64,000 bases of DNA from Tubiluchus corallicola. Its lineage: Eukaryota > Animalia > Priapulida. A program made the position numbers and the translations under genes. The stretch covers positions 1-64,000 of the forward strand of contig JAQGDQ010000758.1 of the NCBI GenBank assembly GCA_030141605.1, in the 5' to 3' direction. Positions 25,838-37,682 of this stretch are shown in pieces. Under the pieces are notes generated by a model. It did not search any database. It saw nothing but the letters and a program-made list of their open reading frames with translations, and was not told the DNA's origin. Position 1 is the stretch's first letter. The number at the start of each line of letters is the position of its first letter.

Positions 25838-26222
25838 ATGTGCGTGCATGTGTGTGTGTGTGCGTGTGTGTGTGCGTGTGTGTGTGCATGCGTGCATGTG
25901 CATGTGTGTGTGTGCATGCATGCATGCATATATGTGTGTGTGTGTGTGTGTGTGTGCATGTGTGTATGTGTATGCATGTATGTGTGTGTGTGTGCATGCG
26001 CATGCGTGTATGTGTGTGTGCGTGCGTGTGTGTGTGCATGTGCATGTGCATGCACATGCATGTATGTGTGTGTGCGTGTGTGCATGTGCGTGCGTGTGTG
26101 TGAGTGCATGTGCATGCGTGTGTGTATGTGTGCATGCGTGCATGTGCATGTGTGTGTGCACGTGTGTGTGTGCACGTGTGTGTGTGTGTGTGCATGTGTG
26201 TGTGTGTGTGCGCGTGTGTGTG
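25838..26222. repeat. (TG)n/(TGCA)-rich microsatellite
   Basis: Seen directly. Confidence 0.97.
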
Positions 26223-26342
26223 ATACAAAATAAGGGCAGAGACAGTTAGGCTTTTTAACTAACTGTTTAAATGGTCCCGATGATGTCATTCATATAACAA
26301 AATATCGAATACACACGATGAACTAATATGAAGAAATTGCCT

Positions 26343-26968
26343 GACTGCACGACTCCATGGGTGATCTGTAATGTGTGACGCGTGATCGTTATTCATTCAA
26401 ACGTGGTCGCTGTCATCCGAATACGCATGACGCAGCAATACGCAGACGGGAAACAGCCGTTACCTAGGTGATTATAGCGATTTTTCAAGTTACTGGCGAC
26501 AATTTTCCCTGTTTAGCTTTCTGAAAATTCTAGTTAGGCGAGTTTTGGTCAATTTAGAACCTGTAAACAATAATGTTTTTTCTAATTGAGTTTTTGAGAG
26601 TTGGAAGAAGCATGTAGTTATGATTGTGTTGTGCATCTAACTGCAGTGTTTTGACTAAATGATGATACCTGCCATATTGTTTTCTACCCTGTAAAATGTT
26701 GTTCACCCAAAACCTGTGCTTTCTTTTCTGTCTAATGGTACAATAACAAGCTAATGCCGCAGCTGTAATTATCGTGGTCAAATTTCGGCAGAGACATGGT
26801 TTCGAATAACTATTACTTGCAATTTTCACGAATAGTGACCAAAAATGGCCGAAAGAGCGCCGTGAGATTTGTTAGTACACGTAGCGTTTACGGACACACG
26901 GAAACAGTCAATACGCATCATGCATTACGGATCGCAGATTACGCATTACGTGTGCATGGAGTCGTAGA
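26343..26968 (-). mobile_element. PIF/Harbinger deletion derivative with a transposase N-terminal remnant
   Basis: TIR cgactccatg...catggagtcg; - strand RQKRKHRFWVNNILQGRKQYGRYHHLVKTLQLD...NYM resembles the Harbinger nuclease N-terminus. Confidence 0.7.
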
Positions 26969-27217
26969 TTAACTCTCACCCCATTATATAATCAACCTAG
27001 TATTTCTTCAGTACGTGAATAAATTATGAACCATTTTGAATGTTTGCAGGAGTTTTTGAACAACAAAATTCAATTTATAAAGAAACACCCACGACATGGT
27101 TACCCCCTCCAAATCATACCATGCTAACTCACACATGTGCTGTCATGCTATGAACTATGAATTTTATTTCACACATCAAAAAATACAATATCAAACACAT
27201 TAATAAACTTTAAATAA

Positions 27218-28593
27218 AATAATTTGAGTAGTGCGAGGTGAGTGTACGACCATACGGTCATTAACACACTCACCTTACTTAAATGAAAAAATGATTATAG
27301 TTATGCATGCTTCTGTAGATAACTTAATGTAAATAAGGATGAAGTAAATGATTTAATAATTTGAGTAGTGCGAGGTGAGTGTACGACCATACGGTCATTA
27401 ACACACTCACCTTACTTAAATGAAAAAATGATTATAGTTATGCATGCTTCTGTAGATAACTTAATGTAAATAAGGATGAAGTAAATGATGTAATAATTTG
27501 AGTAGTGCGAGGTGAGTGTACGACCATACGGTCATTAACACACTCACCTTACTTAAATGAAAAAATGATTATAGTTATGCATGCTTCTGTAGATAACTTA
27601 ATGTAAATAAGGATGAAGTAAATGATGTAATAATTTGAGTAGTGCGAGGTGAGTGTACGACCATACGGTCATTAACACACTCACCTTACTTAAATGAAAA
27701 AATGATTATAATTATGCATGCTTCTGTAGATAACTTAATGTAAATAAGGATGAAGTAAATGATGTAATAATTTGAGTAGTGCGAGGTGAGTGTACGACCA
27801 TACGGTCATTAACACACTCACCTTACTTAAATGAAAAAATGATTATAGTTATGCATGCTTCTGTAGATAACTTAATGTAAATAAGGATGAAGTAAATGAT
27901 GTAATAATTTGAGTAGTGCGAGGTGAGTGTACGACCATACGGTCATTAACACACTCACCTTACTTAAATGAAAAAATGATTATAGTTATGCATGCTTCTG
28001 TAGATAACTTAATGTAAATAAGGATGAAGTAAATGATGTAATAATTTGAGTAGTGCGAGGTGAGTGTACGACCATACGGTCATTAACACACTCACCTTAC
28101 TTAAATGAAAAAATGATTATAGTTATGCATGCTTCTGTAGATAACTTAATGTAAATAAGGATGAAGTAAATGATGTAATAATTTGAGTAGTGCGAGGTGA
28201 GTGTACGACCATACGGTCATTAACACACTCACCTTACTTAAATGAAAAAATGATTATAGTTATGCATGCTTCTGTAGATAACTTAATGTAAATAAGGATG
28301 AAGTAAATGATGTAATAATTTGAGTAGTGCGAGGTGAGTGTACGACCATACGGTCATTAACACACTCACCTTACTTAAATGAAAAAATGATTATAGTTAT
28401 GCATGCTTCTGTAGATAACTTAATGTAAATAAGGATGAAGTAAATGATGTAATAATTTGAGTAGTGCGAGGTGAATGTACGACCATACGGTCATTAACAC
28501 ACTCACCTTACTTAAATGAAAAAATGATTATAGCTATGCATGCTTCTGTAGATAACTTAATGTAAATAAGGATGAAGTAAATGTTGTAATAAT
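27218..28593. repeat. 137-bp tandem repeat, 10 near-identical copies
   Basis: ttgagtagtg at 27224, 27361, 27498 ... 28457. Confidence 0.97.
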
Positions 28594-29434
28594 AGCAATT
28601 GTATAAGAGCAATAAACCTGAAAGTTGAGAAAGGAAAACATAATGTGTAATTACAACTTTGAGTGAGCCTTAAAGAGTGAAAATTTTTTTTAAATAGTTA
28701 CGAATATGAATTATGTGATTATCTGTCAATGTGCCACTTACTTGTATTACAATGCACCATATTGCTTACTTGTATATACAATTATATATCTATATACACA
28801 CACATATACCCAAATTTAAGTGGGGGAGAAGAGATTAAATAATGCATTATACTTGTAGTAATAACTATAATTATATAGAACATTTAAATATAATTGATTT
28901 TAGTAATGTAGCCGTCATAACCATCAAAGATGGGCTATGGGGAGGGAGAGGGGCAAATTATAAGAATACAAGTGATTCATTAGCAAAATTACTGCTACAA
29001 TAATATATTCAAAATTTTTTGTATCACTGGTGTTTGCTGGTTATAAGCTAAGAGCATTTTCCAAGTGGAATCAGATACAGATATCGGCTGCGATGAATGA
29101 ATAATTTCATCTTAATTGATTTATACCTTTTATTAGTAAAGTAACAAAAGTCGTAAAGATACAAAGATAAATGCTGTCAGTACACAACCTGTTGCACGGC
29201 GGATAAGCAATTGTATCCAACTGCATCGTGAGAAAGTTAATATTACAGAGTTTCAACAAGCAAAAATTAATCTCCTTGTAGAATTTTGGAATTAGATACC
29301 CGTACTGCCACAACTATTTACGTCAAGCAGTACCTGCTGTTGAGTACCGGATTGTTAACTTACACAATGCTGAACTGCATGAAACAAGTATGTTACTTTT
29401 TTTATGTATATTAACTCTTTCACTCATATATAAG

Positions 29435-29579
29435 GTGACACCCCGAGCGCTGTCTCGCCTCCAGGACCGAGCACTCCGAAGAGGCTGAGCATCTCGTCGA
29501 GTCTGATAGAGCTAAATCGTTCCGCTAGCGAGATTAGCTTCCTGGATGGACGAGCGTTGACCAGAACGTCAATATACAG
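29435..29579 (+). CDS. MAP3K4: MAP3K4 exon 7
   Basis: Ends ...LTRTSIY AG|gtaccg (conserved TSIYR); the acceptor is a weak AAG, so the start is less certain. Confidence 0.8.
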
Positions 29580-30985
29580 GTACCGTGACGTATCAAAATT
29601 AAAATTACGCTCCATGCTTATCGTTTAATGCTAAACTGTTAATTGTTTTGTGCAATTATGCAGTCTGTACCAAGTAGGGAAAATGGGGAAAAGAGGAATG
29701 TTTTACCGAAGTCGTTTTTAGCGAAAGTAGTCGCCCTTTTGTTTGTCAGTTTAATTTCAAAAGTGGCTATCTTAGCTCGCGAAATAGAAGCCAAATGTAT
29801 ATGTATATTCCGCGCTGGTGATAAAAAAATCGATATGGTCTAATGGTCCTTTCACACGATCACTTTTTAAACTGGCAAACTAAAACTGACAAACAAAACA
29901 CTGTCAGTTAAGGGTAGCTGACTCGATGACCAATTGGTCTTTCGCTACCCTTTCTCCTGCACCCCCCCTTAACTCTTTCCTTTACGCTTAATTTATCCTT
30001 TTTAATCAATAACTAAAAAAATAATAGTCAATTTGTATACAGGTGTAAATGAGGAGATAAATAAAAAATGTCTATGTTTATGTCAGCCTAAAAACTGAGG
30101 CGACGTCAAACTTTGTTCCGTCAATATGTGATAGTAACCATTCAGCAAGGGGTGTCGGTTAAATTGTGGCACCAATGTTGCTTTGTTGTCTATATAGGGT
30201 TAGCTTGTGCAGTTAAAAAAGGAGAGATTGGAAAAGAAATTGTTAGATAAGTTTGGACGAAGAAATAACAACAGCGAGGAATTGAACTTACAGTCACTTT
30301 CTGTTTTCAAACTGTTGACGCGGCACGTGACTTTTCCAATTGTATGCGTATGTCCCACGGCCATGTTTGACTATTTATTGCAAGAAGTTCTGTTTAACTA
30401 TCCAACGCCTGCATAACACACTTAGTTAGTACAATCGCAAATTGTTTAGTTTATTGGTAGAAAACAGTACAGCAAAATCGGTATTTTGTTTTTGTAAATA
30501 AAATCGAATTCGCCATTGTGTTACCATTGTTTCTATCCTCCAGATTCCAGCGTTAGACAACATGCAACAATGCTGATCGTCGTATGCGACTCGAGTATTT
30601 ATACCACGAGAAAATTTCCTCGCCCCTTCCCCCCCACCCCCACTCGCGAAATGAACAATCGACGTGATGTAACGAAAGCGCGATGCTATTGGCTGTTGAG
30701 TCTGAGTTTGTCAGTTTTTCTTTGGTGAATTCATGGCGGTTTGATACCATCAAACTTTGTTCATCAAACTAAAAATTTTTCATTTACGTTGTTTACGCGA
30801 TCAAATTAGTTTGTCAAAATAAAACGGACAGAAAAATTTGTACGAAAGAAGCTGATCATCTAAACGTCCCTTTAGGTACAGTGCACCTACCCTGTCAAAC
30901 TTTGATATGTTTACAGCCTGTTTGTGGCTTATTAATAATAAATGTTATCATTATTAATACACGACGTTGTTTCGCACATTTCCAG

Positions 30986-31223
30986 GAGGTTTGTGGATCG
31001 GATGTTGAAACAGAAAGCGCTGGACGAAATCCTGGAGCCAGCCTGCTGCACGTCGAAATCCACCGAGCCTCCGTTTCATGAAGACGTTCGCTACAGGGAC
31101 ACCGGTTGGCTCCGATTGGTCCACCATCCGGTCGTGCTCTCCAATAAAGCCATGTTTGCGTTGGTGAAGGAGGACAATCCACCCAGCTATGCGGAGATGG
31201 TGGGAAAGTGTTCACAGCAACGG
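30986..31223 (+). CDS. MAP3K4: MAP3K4 exon 8
   Basis: ttccag|G; RFVDRMLKQ...AMFALVKEDNP (vertebrate PFVDKALKQ...ARIALVK); donor CGG|gttagt. Confidence 0.85.
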
Positions 31224-31513
31224 GTTAGTCGTGTTTCGGAACAGAGATCGCCTTTAGTTTGTCTTTAGTGTAATTTAATGATAAGTAATAAAGTTTATTT
31301 TAAATTCAACAATCAACTTTTTCTTCTGCCTGTAAATAACTACGACTACATAACAGAGACTGTCATTACACTGCTTTTGCCCTAAACACTACGCACACTG
31401 GGCAGGGCAGCAGCTGGTACCACGTTTAAAGTCCTCGGATGACCCGCCCGCCGTATCAAACTCACGATCGTTTCTACAGGTTTTTATGTTTACTGTCCTA
31501 TCATGGCATCCTA

Positions 31514-31840
31514 TGTGAATGTCATATTTGAAGTTGTAGATCACCCACTTTGTTATGATTGAGTTTAGGCACAGAAGTATGAACAAGAATAAGAAATCTA
31601 TAATGCATATTTGCATATATGTGAGAGTGACTACAAAGCAAAACCAGTCAGTATATATAGGTATAGGTGACCTATGCAGACTTGCACAGGCTTCACAAAA
31701 ACCATTACTTTAAAATAGGGAGAGAACCAGTGAATATGCATTCACTGGACCGTACAATTATACTGGGAGCTGGTAGAATGTAACAGGATTAGTTCATAGA
31801 TGGCAGCACCTAATTAAAATGTACAATTACAACTTTCACA
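31514..31840 (-). mobile_element. Solo LTR, copy 2 (327 bp, no internal array)
   Basis: TG...CA termini, TSD TCCTA/TCCAA; matches 14554-15381. Confidence 0.8.
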
Positions 31841-32639
31841 TCCAACAGTCGGCGACGTAGTAGAAAATATTTTAATTTTACTTGTCATCTGCTATCTAAT
31901 CCGTTGTTATACGTTTCTGTTGCTGTTGGTTTTTGTGAATAGTCTTTGTTTTTTCAAAATGTTCTTCACTTCGCTCTTTTATCATTTGCAAATGCCTAAA
32001 TTTGGATCTTTATGTTTGCGTATTAAATAGAAGTCATTACTGTAATTCTGTCATGTATCGTATATGGATTGGCAACTATCACATGGACAATTACTGACTG
32101 TTTAGTTCAGACCGGACGAATTTAGTCTAGCGCTAACTCGTTCGCTTTCCGTCTGATAGATACGTATAGATGCTATCGTGTACTTATCGGGCTTACCTAT
32201 TTTTTCTCTTAGTGTTTTGGATATCAGCACGTGGTGCCTCCTGGTGTTTGTTTTATGCAAATTTAGGCTGTTGATAGACAGGTGAGCTAGGACAGGAAAT
32301 AGGCCATTGGCCTCATTTTGCAGACAGGATAGGAAAGAAGTCATTCTTGTTCAGTACGTCATGTCGTTTTATAACAAAATTTTATCAGTCGAGTTCTCTT
32401 TAGCAAGTTAGTAAGATGCAGCAAAGATGTAAGTTTGATTTCTTCATATTTCATAATTTTATTACACATTTTCATTATAGCAGTTAATTATCTTTTTGAC
32501 ATTGGATTTGCGGAAAATGTTTTTATTTGTTTCAGATAAAACGAAGTCGAGTCGCACATAATATGTCAGTCAGTCAGTCAGTCAGTCAGTCAGTCAGTCA
32601 AATGTGTCATGATGTGATAGTGATTTTGGGATGAGACGA

Positions 32640-33180
32640 TGACTGCCCATTTTGGACAATAAAAAATTATAAATTACATCTAAAAGACTATTGGACTTGT
32701 ATTTAGCGCATTTCACGCACACTTAGATTTTAAAAATCGCTGAAAAATTTTGTCTAACATAGTTCAAATAAAGCGTAAACATCGTTTGTTTAACTTTTTG
32801 TACCATTTGTAGCGTGCTTTTTTACGGCAATGCGGCACATCTTCAGTGCTGAGGACTGTGAAGCTGAAGCGTCTCCAGGCACAACCAACCGAAATATCAA
32901 AGCGCATAATTTGAATAAAACCAATTTTAATTTGATAATTTATGAAGTGTAGCTAACAAAATATTTACAAAATAAAATTTGTCAAATTTTTTGAAACATC
33001 ACGACCCTTTACCATAAACGTTGTTTTACTTCTTTGGTTGTTGGATTTTCGCCTAGGTACTTGATCGAGTTTGTATCGGAACAAATAAAAGCAAACAAGG
33101 AAAAAACAAAGTATTTTATTTATCTTGGAATTTTTCAGTTTTTATTTGAGTTAATTTTGGAGAAATAATTTCGGTTCGGT
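32640..33180 (-). mobile_element. Internal fragment of the hAT element at 44699-46444, inverted
   Basis: tgtaccatttgtagc...aaccgaaatatcaaagc is the reverse complement of 45930-46040. Confidence 0.7.
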
Positions 33181-33189
33181 TTATAATCC

Positions 33190-33671
33190 TTATTATAATT
33201 TTACTTAAAGTCGGTTTTTGTATCAACAACTGACATAGGCTCTGAAGAACTTTTGGGCCGACTGTAAACAACAACCTACAACTACACAACAGAGATTATT
33301 AGTTTAGTTTAGTTTAATCATAATTTATTTAGGATTGGATCAGACAGTTTGTACAACGTGATTTAGGATCCTCACCACAACAGACTTTATACACTATTTA
33401 CAAGAACATTTACAGTAAGAATAGACTATACTTAGTTTTTAGTATACTTTAGTATATTATTATTATTACCCTACATTTACCCTAAATACCAGGCGTTAAG
33501 GAGGCATACAGCAAGTACCATTTTTAAAGTCTTTGGTATGACCCTGGCACTGTATCGAACTCACTACCTCCCAGACGGAAAGCGAACGCGTTATCACTAG
33601 ACTAAGCCATCTGGTTAAGTGTGTAATAGAGTACAAGTCAATTTTTCGGCTTGTGTATGTGTTTAAATTGT
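33190..33671 (-). mobile_element. tRNA-derived SINE, copy 1, interrupted by a short insert at about 33300-33465
   Basis: - strand A box tagtctagtg and B box gttcgatac; core accaaagactttaaaaatggtac. Confidence 0.8.
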
Positions 33672-33789
33672 ATCTAGTTTCTTTTCGATATCTGTTTACT
33701 ATGTTTCGTGAATTTCGGTTTTGGTTTTGGTTTGTATTCTCAGTTTTAGTAACGTCGCAAATGACTAATTTGTTATTTTCTTGGTTTAG

Positions 33790-33999
33790 ATGGACTGGTA
33801 CACAGCTGCGATGGAGCAAGACAGAGAAGATGCGGTGCGGTACGGAGTCTGGAGCAGATGCTTTCGCGAAATGAACCTGCCTACGTTCCGTCCAGCGTTC
33901 CTATTCCTCAGTCGCATTCCGCTAGACGTCCTTCACGAATGCTTGCGGTTGAGGCTAGATCAGAGACCAGAAAACCCGTCCCCGCTTAGCATTCAACAG
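33790..33999 (+). CDS. MAP3K4: MAP3K4 exon 9
   Basis: MNLPTFRPAFLFLSRIPLDVLHECLRLRLDQRPENPSPLSIQQ, a highly conserved MEKK4 N-terminal block. Confidence 0.97.
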
Positions 34000-34411
34000 G
34001 TGAGCGTCTCCGTCATCCTTATTGTCGTCATCATCATCATCGCTGGCATCATCTGGTGTGTAAATATTACAAGATGTTACGCGTACGAGCGGCTGCATCT
34101 TTTTTCTCATTTTTGGGAATTTTTTGCGGGAAATTGAAAATTAAATTTTGTATTTTGATTCATTTTGAAACTCACACACATGTCGCGAACTTCAGAAACG
34201 CGACAATGTTCTTCGGCTCCATGTCGCAGACTTGTTAAAAGTTCTAGCTGTGTTTTGTTTGCTCTTAAACTGTGGGAGTTTTTAATCAAACGGGCTCAAG
34301 CTTTTTTGTATCTAAAGAAAGTTTACGAAAAGCATATTATTACTATTTTGTTGATCTCCACTTTAGTTCCTAGTTAGAGATAAAATGAAAGCAAAGAACG
34401 AATGATTAAAA

Positions 34412-34921
34412 CAGGGGTGTGCAAATTGCGGCCCGCGGGCCACTTGCAGCCCGCCGAGAGAATTTGTGTGGCCCGCGAAGAGATTTGTCAACCTAATGAA
34501 AGTGCGGCCCGGGTGATTAATTGAGTGAATTGAGTGTATCCAGCTGAAGTCCGTGCCACGATCCCAAAGATAGTGCGGGTAGTTTTTTCTACTAGATCGG
34601 ATGCCATTAACCCTTACAAGACGGTTGTAGGTTGTAGGTCCCTGTACTACACAGACTGTGTGATACACATTACTAATATGCATTGTAATGAAATTACCAC
34701 TATCTGTCCTGAAAGTAGAAATATATGGTTTGTAATATAAATTGTAATAACTTCTAAAATAGTTTCTTGAGTGTAGTAGTAATGATGTACGCAGGTCGGA
34801 TGCAAAAAAATTGTCATTAGGACTTTCTGTACTTGGCTCCTTGATCAAACTGCCTGTGGCCCGCAGGAATTGCGGGAAAGTTTAATGTGGCCCGGCTAGT
34901 CAAATCATTTGCACACCCCTG
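34412..34921 (+). mobile_element. hAT-Charlie-like MITE, 510 bp
   Basis: 15-bp perfect TIR CAGGGGTGTGCAAAT; 8-bp TSD GATTAAAA; subterminal GGCCCG motifs. Confidence 0.93.
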
Positions 34922-36109
34922 GATTAAAACATCATGATACAATTACTTATTTACAACAATTGTACAGTGTTAGACGTCATATTGAGTTGAAATCCTAAAT
35001 GTTATTACTAATTTCTCTATTTATCTGTGTACTATATGAGTACTTTCTAAGTGGCTATACATTGGCTACAAATTAGTTAGAAATTGTTATAACATGGGTG
35101 AAAAAGCTGTTCCAGTGATTTTACGTGCCAGACTGGTTTTCCCCAAGGATCAACTTCCTGCCCACACTCTTATACTACCATGTGCATTTAGACAATTACG
35201 CAGTTAATGAGTCGATGACGGTAGTGATTCACTTGGCTTTAAAGTTATTCATTACAATTAAGCTATGCAAGTTCGCCTTCCTGCTATGCATGGAATGCTT
35301 CTTTACTAGGTAGAACAACATGAAATAACTGTCCAGTCGGAATGGTGTTTCGTTTGCGTCACTATTTACCTGACTCTGCAGGCTAGTTAGTCAACACATT
35401 GCGTTTTTTCTTTCTCGTTGTTTTGCATTTTTTGTGTCCTTTCTATGTCCTCAAAGCAGTTCTAGTGTAGAGTTTCAAGAATTTCAAGAGTTTATTCATT
35501 TCCGCACTGCATCTTACAATTATCACTAAAATACAGATAATTATCCAGCATAGTAAATACAAATACAAATACAATATAGTCCAGAAAATACAAATAAAGA
35601 GTCTCTACCATATACACGTGCAAATTACATAACACAATAATTCTGATGCATACAGTTTGCGCATAAAAGCATAGCTTGACAGGCCAAACTGTACGTGGAA
35701 ATCTTAAAGAAAGGATTAATAACTCGGGTAATGATAATATATACATGGATGTGGGGGGGGGGGAGTAGTGAATGAATGATGAAATGGAACAAGAACTAAG
35801 AAAACTGTGATCATGATTATAAAGTGTTCAGTAACCTGTTGAGCATAGTCACGTTTTATTAAGATTACAGTGGAAAAAGAATGCAGGTGATTACCATTAT
35901 CAAATTGTGTTACTTTCGTACTTTTGAAATATTTCTTTTCTGAGGGTTTTTTTAAAAGCGAAAGGGAGTGACTGCATTTTGAAACGGGCTTACTCTGTTC
36001 TGTAGCCATATAGCTAATGAAATATAAAATCAATAAACTGCTTTTTGAAAGTGTTCAATGGCGGTTGATGCATTGCGCGTGCGTGAACACGTTCCGTTAT
36101 TTTTTACAG

Positions 36110-36265
36110 CTAATGCGAGAATGCAAGGACGTGATTCGCGGAGCCGTACGGGTCAAGAAGAAGTTTCACCACACCGTCCAGACGGTGCTGTACGACGAAG
36201 GGTCGGAAAAGTTGCTGGAGATGGATTTGTACGAGTTTGACAAGGACCTGAACACAATGCTCGGT
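36110..36265 (+). CDS. MAP3K4: MAP3K4 exon 10
   Basis: LMRECKDVIRG...FDKDLNTML; tttacag| ... |gtaaga. Confidence 0.95.
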
Positions 36266-36820
36266 GTAAGAAGCGTTAGGATTGTTACCAGTCCTGGCAT
36301 TTTTCACTACATTCAGATCACTCACTGTTTTCTTACTCTTTAATAATATAGTACACCTTTGGTATTTCAATTGTGAAGATTTCATGTACAAATAAACAAA
36401 TATCATTGATCATTTTTGAAGCAGTGAATGCAAACCAAACCCATTGTTAAACTGTAGGTCAAAACAATCTACTCTGCAAAACTAGAGCAACCGTTCAGTA
36501 TTAGGTTAAACCCATTTTTAGAATAGGTAACAGATAGTTAGAAGCCATATCTACTACAGTAATAGCGGTTTTACAGGTTATTAGTCTAATTGCAAATTAA
36601 ATGTATTTTTTATGATTTTCGGTCGTTCACAACGACACAAAGAGAAGAAAAAATGAGTTTGCCAGCCTTATATGTCAGATAGTACTACTGTGTAATACTT
36701 TACTGTTGTAAAATTAGTGTACATGTGAGGGCAGTCAATTATCTAGGATGTATCTTTATTTGTGCTATGTGTGAAAGACGAAACAGTCTTCATTTGAAAT
36801 GACTGCCATTTTACCCTGCA

Positions 36821-36821
<1 letters not shown>

Positions 36822-36868
<47 letters not shown>

Positions 36869-37231
36869 CTTTATTTAAAGTCGGCTTTCGGGTCAACAAT
36901 TAACATTAGCTCAAAGAGCTATTATCGCCGACTGTAAATAACAACCTACAACTACATAACAGAGACTATTATTACCCCACTTTTAACCTAAATGCCACGC
37001 GTCAGGCAGGGCAACAGCAGGTACCATTTTTAAAGTCTTTGGTATAACCCGGCCGCTGGTTCGAACTCATGATCTCCCGGACGGAAAGCAGACGCATTAC
37101 CACTAGACTAAACCGTCTGGTCAAGTCTGTAATAGAGTACAAGTCAATTCTTCAACTTGTGTATGTGTATAAATTGTACAATATATTTTTGAATAAAAGA
37201 CATAATAATAATAATAATAATAATAATAATT
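36822..37231 (-). mobile_element. tRNA-derived SINE, copy 2, between two (AAT)n tracts
   Basis: - strand A box tagtctagtgg, B box gttcgaacc, conserved core, aataaa and (ATT)n tail; partial third copy at about 31330-31470. Confidence 0.85.
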
Positions 37232-37326
37232 ACAGACTGCTGCTCGCAGAATCGAGGACTTGCTTTCCATGTTTGCTTTCCTAACTTACACAATCTGGTG
37301 CTTACTTTACCGTACTCGTTTTGCAG

Positions 37327-37490
37327 GTGTACTTGCAGTACGTCGAGGAATGGGTGAAGGTGGTTAGAGAGATGGATATCCAGCAGACGGAGCGCAACCT
37401 CCTCGATATGTTACAGGAGGAGTGGAAATATACGAAAGACGTTTGCCCTCATATTGTGGGCGGAGAAGCCACGGCAGCTGAAAAATTCTG
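37327..37490 (+). CDS. MAP3K4: MAP3K4 exon 11
   Basis: VYLQYVEEW...LQEEWKYTKDVCPHIVGGEATAAEKF (vertebrate LEEEWNFTK...GGEAQAGKLFC); missed by the ORF track. Confidence 0.95.
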
Positions 37491-37562
37491 GTAATGAACG
37501 TCTGTACTTGGTTCAAGCCTTTGGTGTTGTTTATTGTTAAGCAGTGTTTAATGCCTAATGGT

Positions 37563-37682
37563 GTCTATGGCCATATCACGTTGAAAACACCGGTTCTTGT
37601 CTGATCACCAAAGTTAAGCAATGTAGAGCCTGTTTAATACCTGGATGGGTGACCGCCTAGGAATACCAGGTGCTGTCGGCTT
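37563..37682 (+). pseudogene. Full-length degenerate 5S rRNA copy (pseudogene or head of a 5S-derived SINE)
   Basis: 120 nt gtctatggccatatcacgttgaaaacaccggtt...agttaagca...tggatgggtgaccgcc..ggaataccaggtgctgtcggctt; several CpG transitions; no oligo-T terminator. Confidence 0.9.

Noticed and set aside
25680-26289. His/Thr- and Cys/Val-rich ORFs
   Set aside because: (TG)n microsatellite artefacts
27218-28593. CRISPR-like appearance (regular repeats with a palindrome); also considered for the other arrays
   Set aside because: No unique spacers, whole units are duplicated, no cas genes, eukaryotic intron context
28600-29320. Possible LINE ORF2 end and 3' UTR on the - strand
   Set aside because: Too degenerate to assign without an HMM search
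37045-37121. tRNA gene (also 33545-33615 and 23180-23250)
   Set aside because: A/B boxes are present but there is no clean cloverleaf; the first two continue into a SINE body
37563-37682. Functional 5S rRNA gene
   Set aside because: Single intronic copy with stem-disrupting substitutions and no oligo-T terminator
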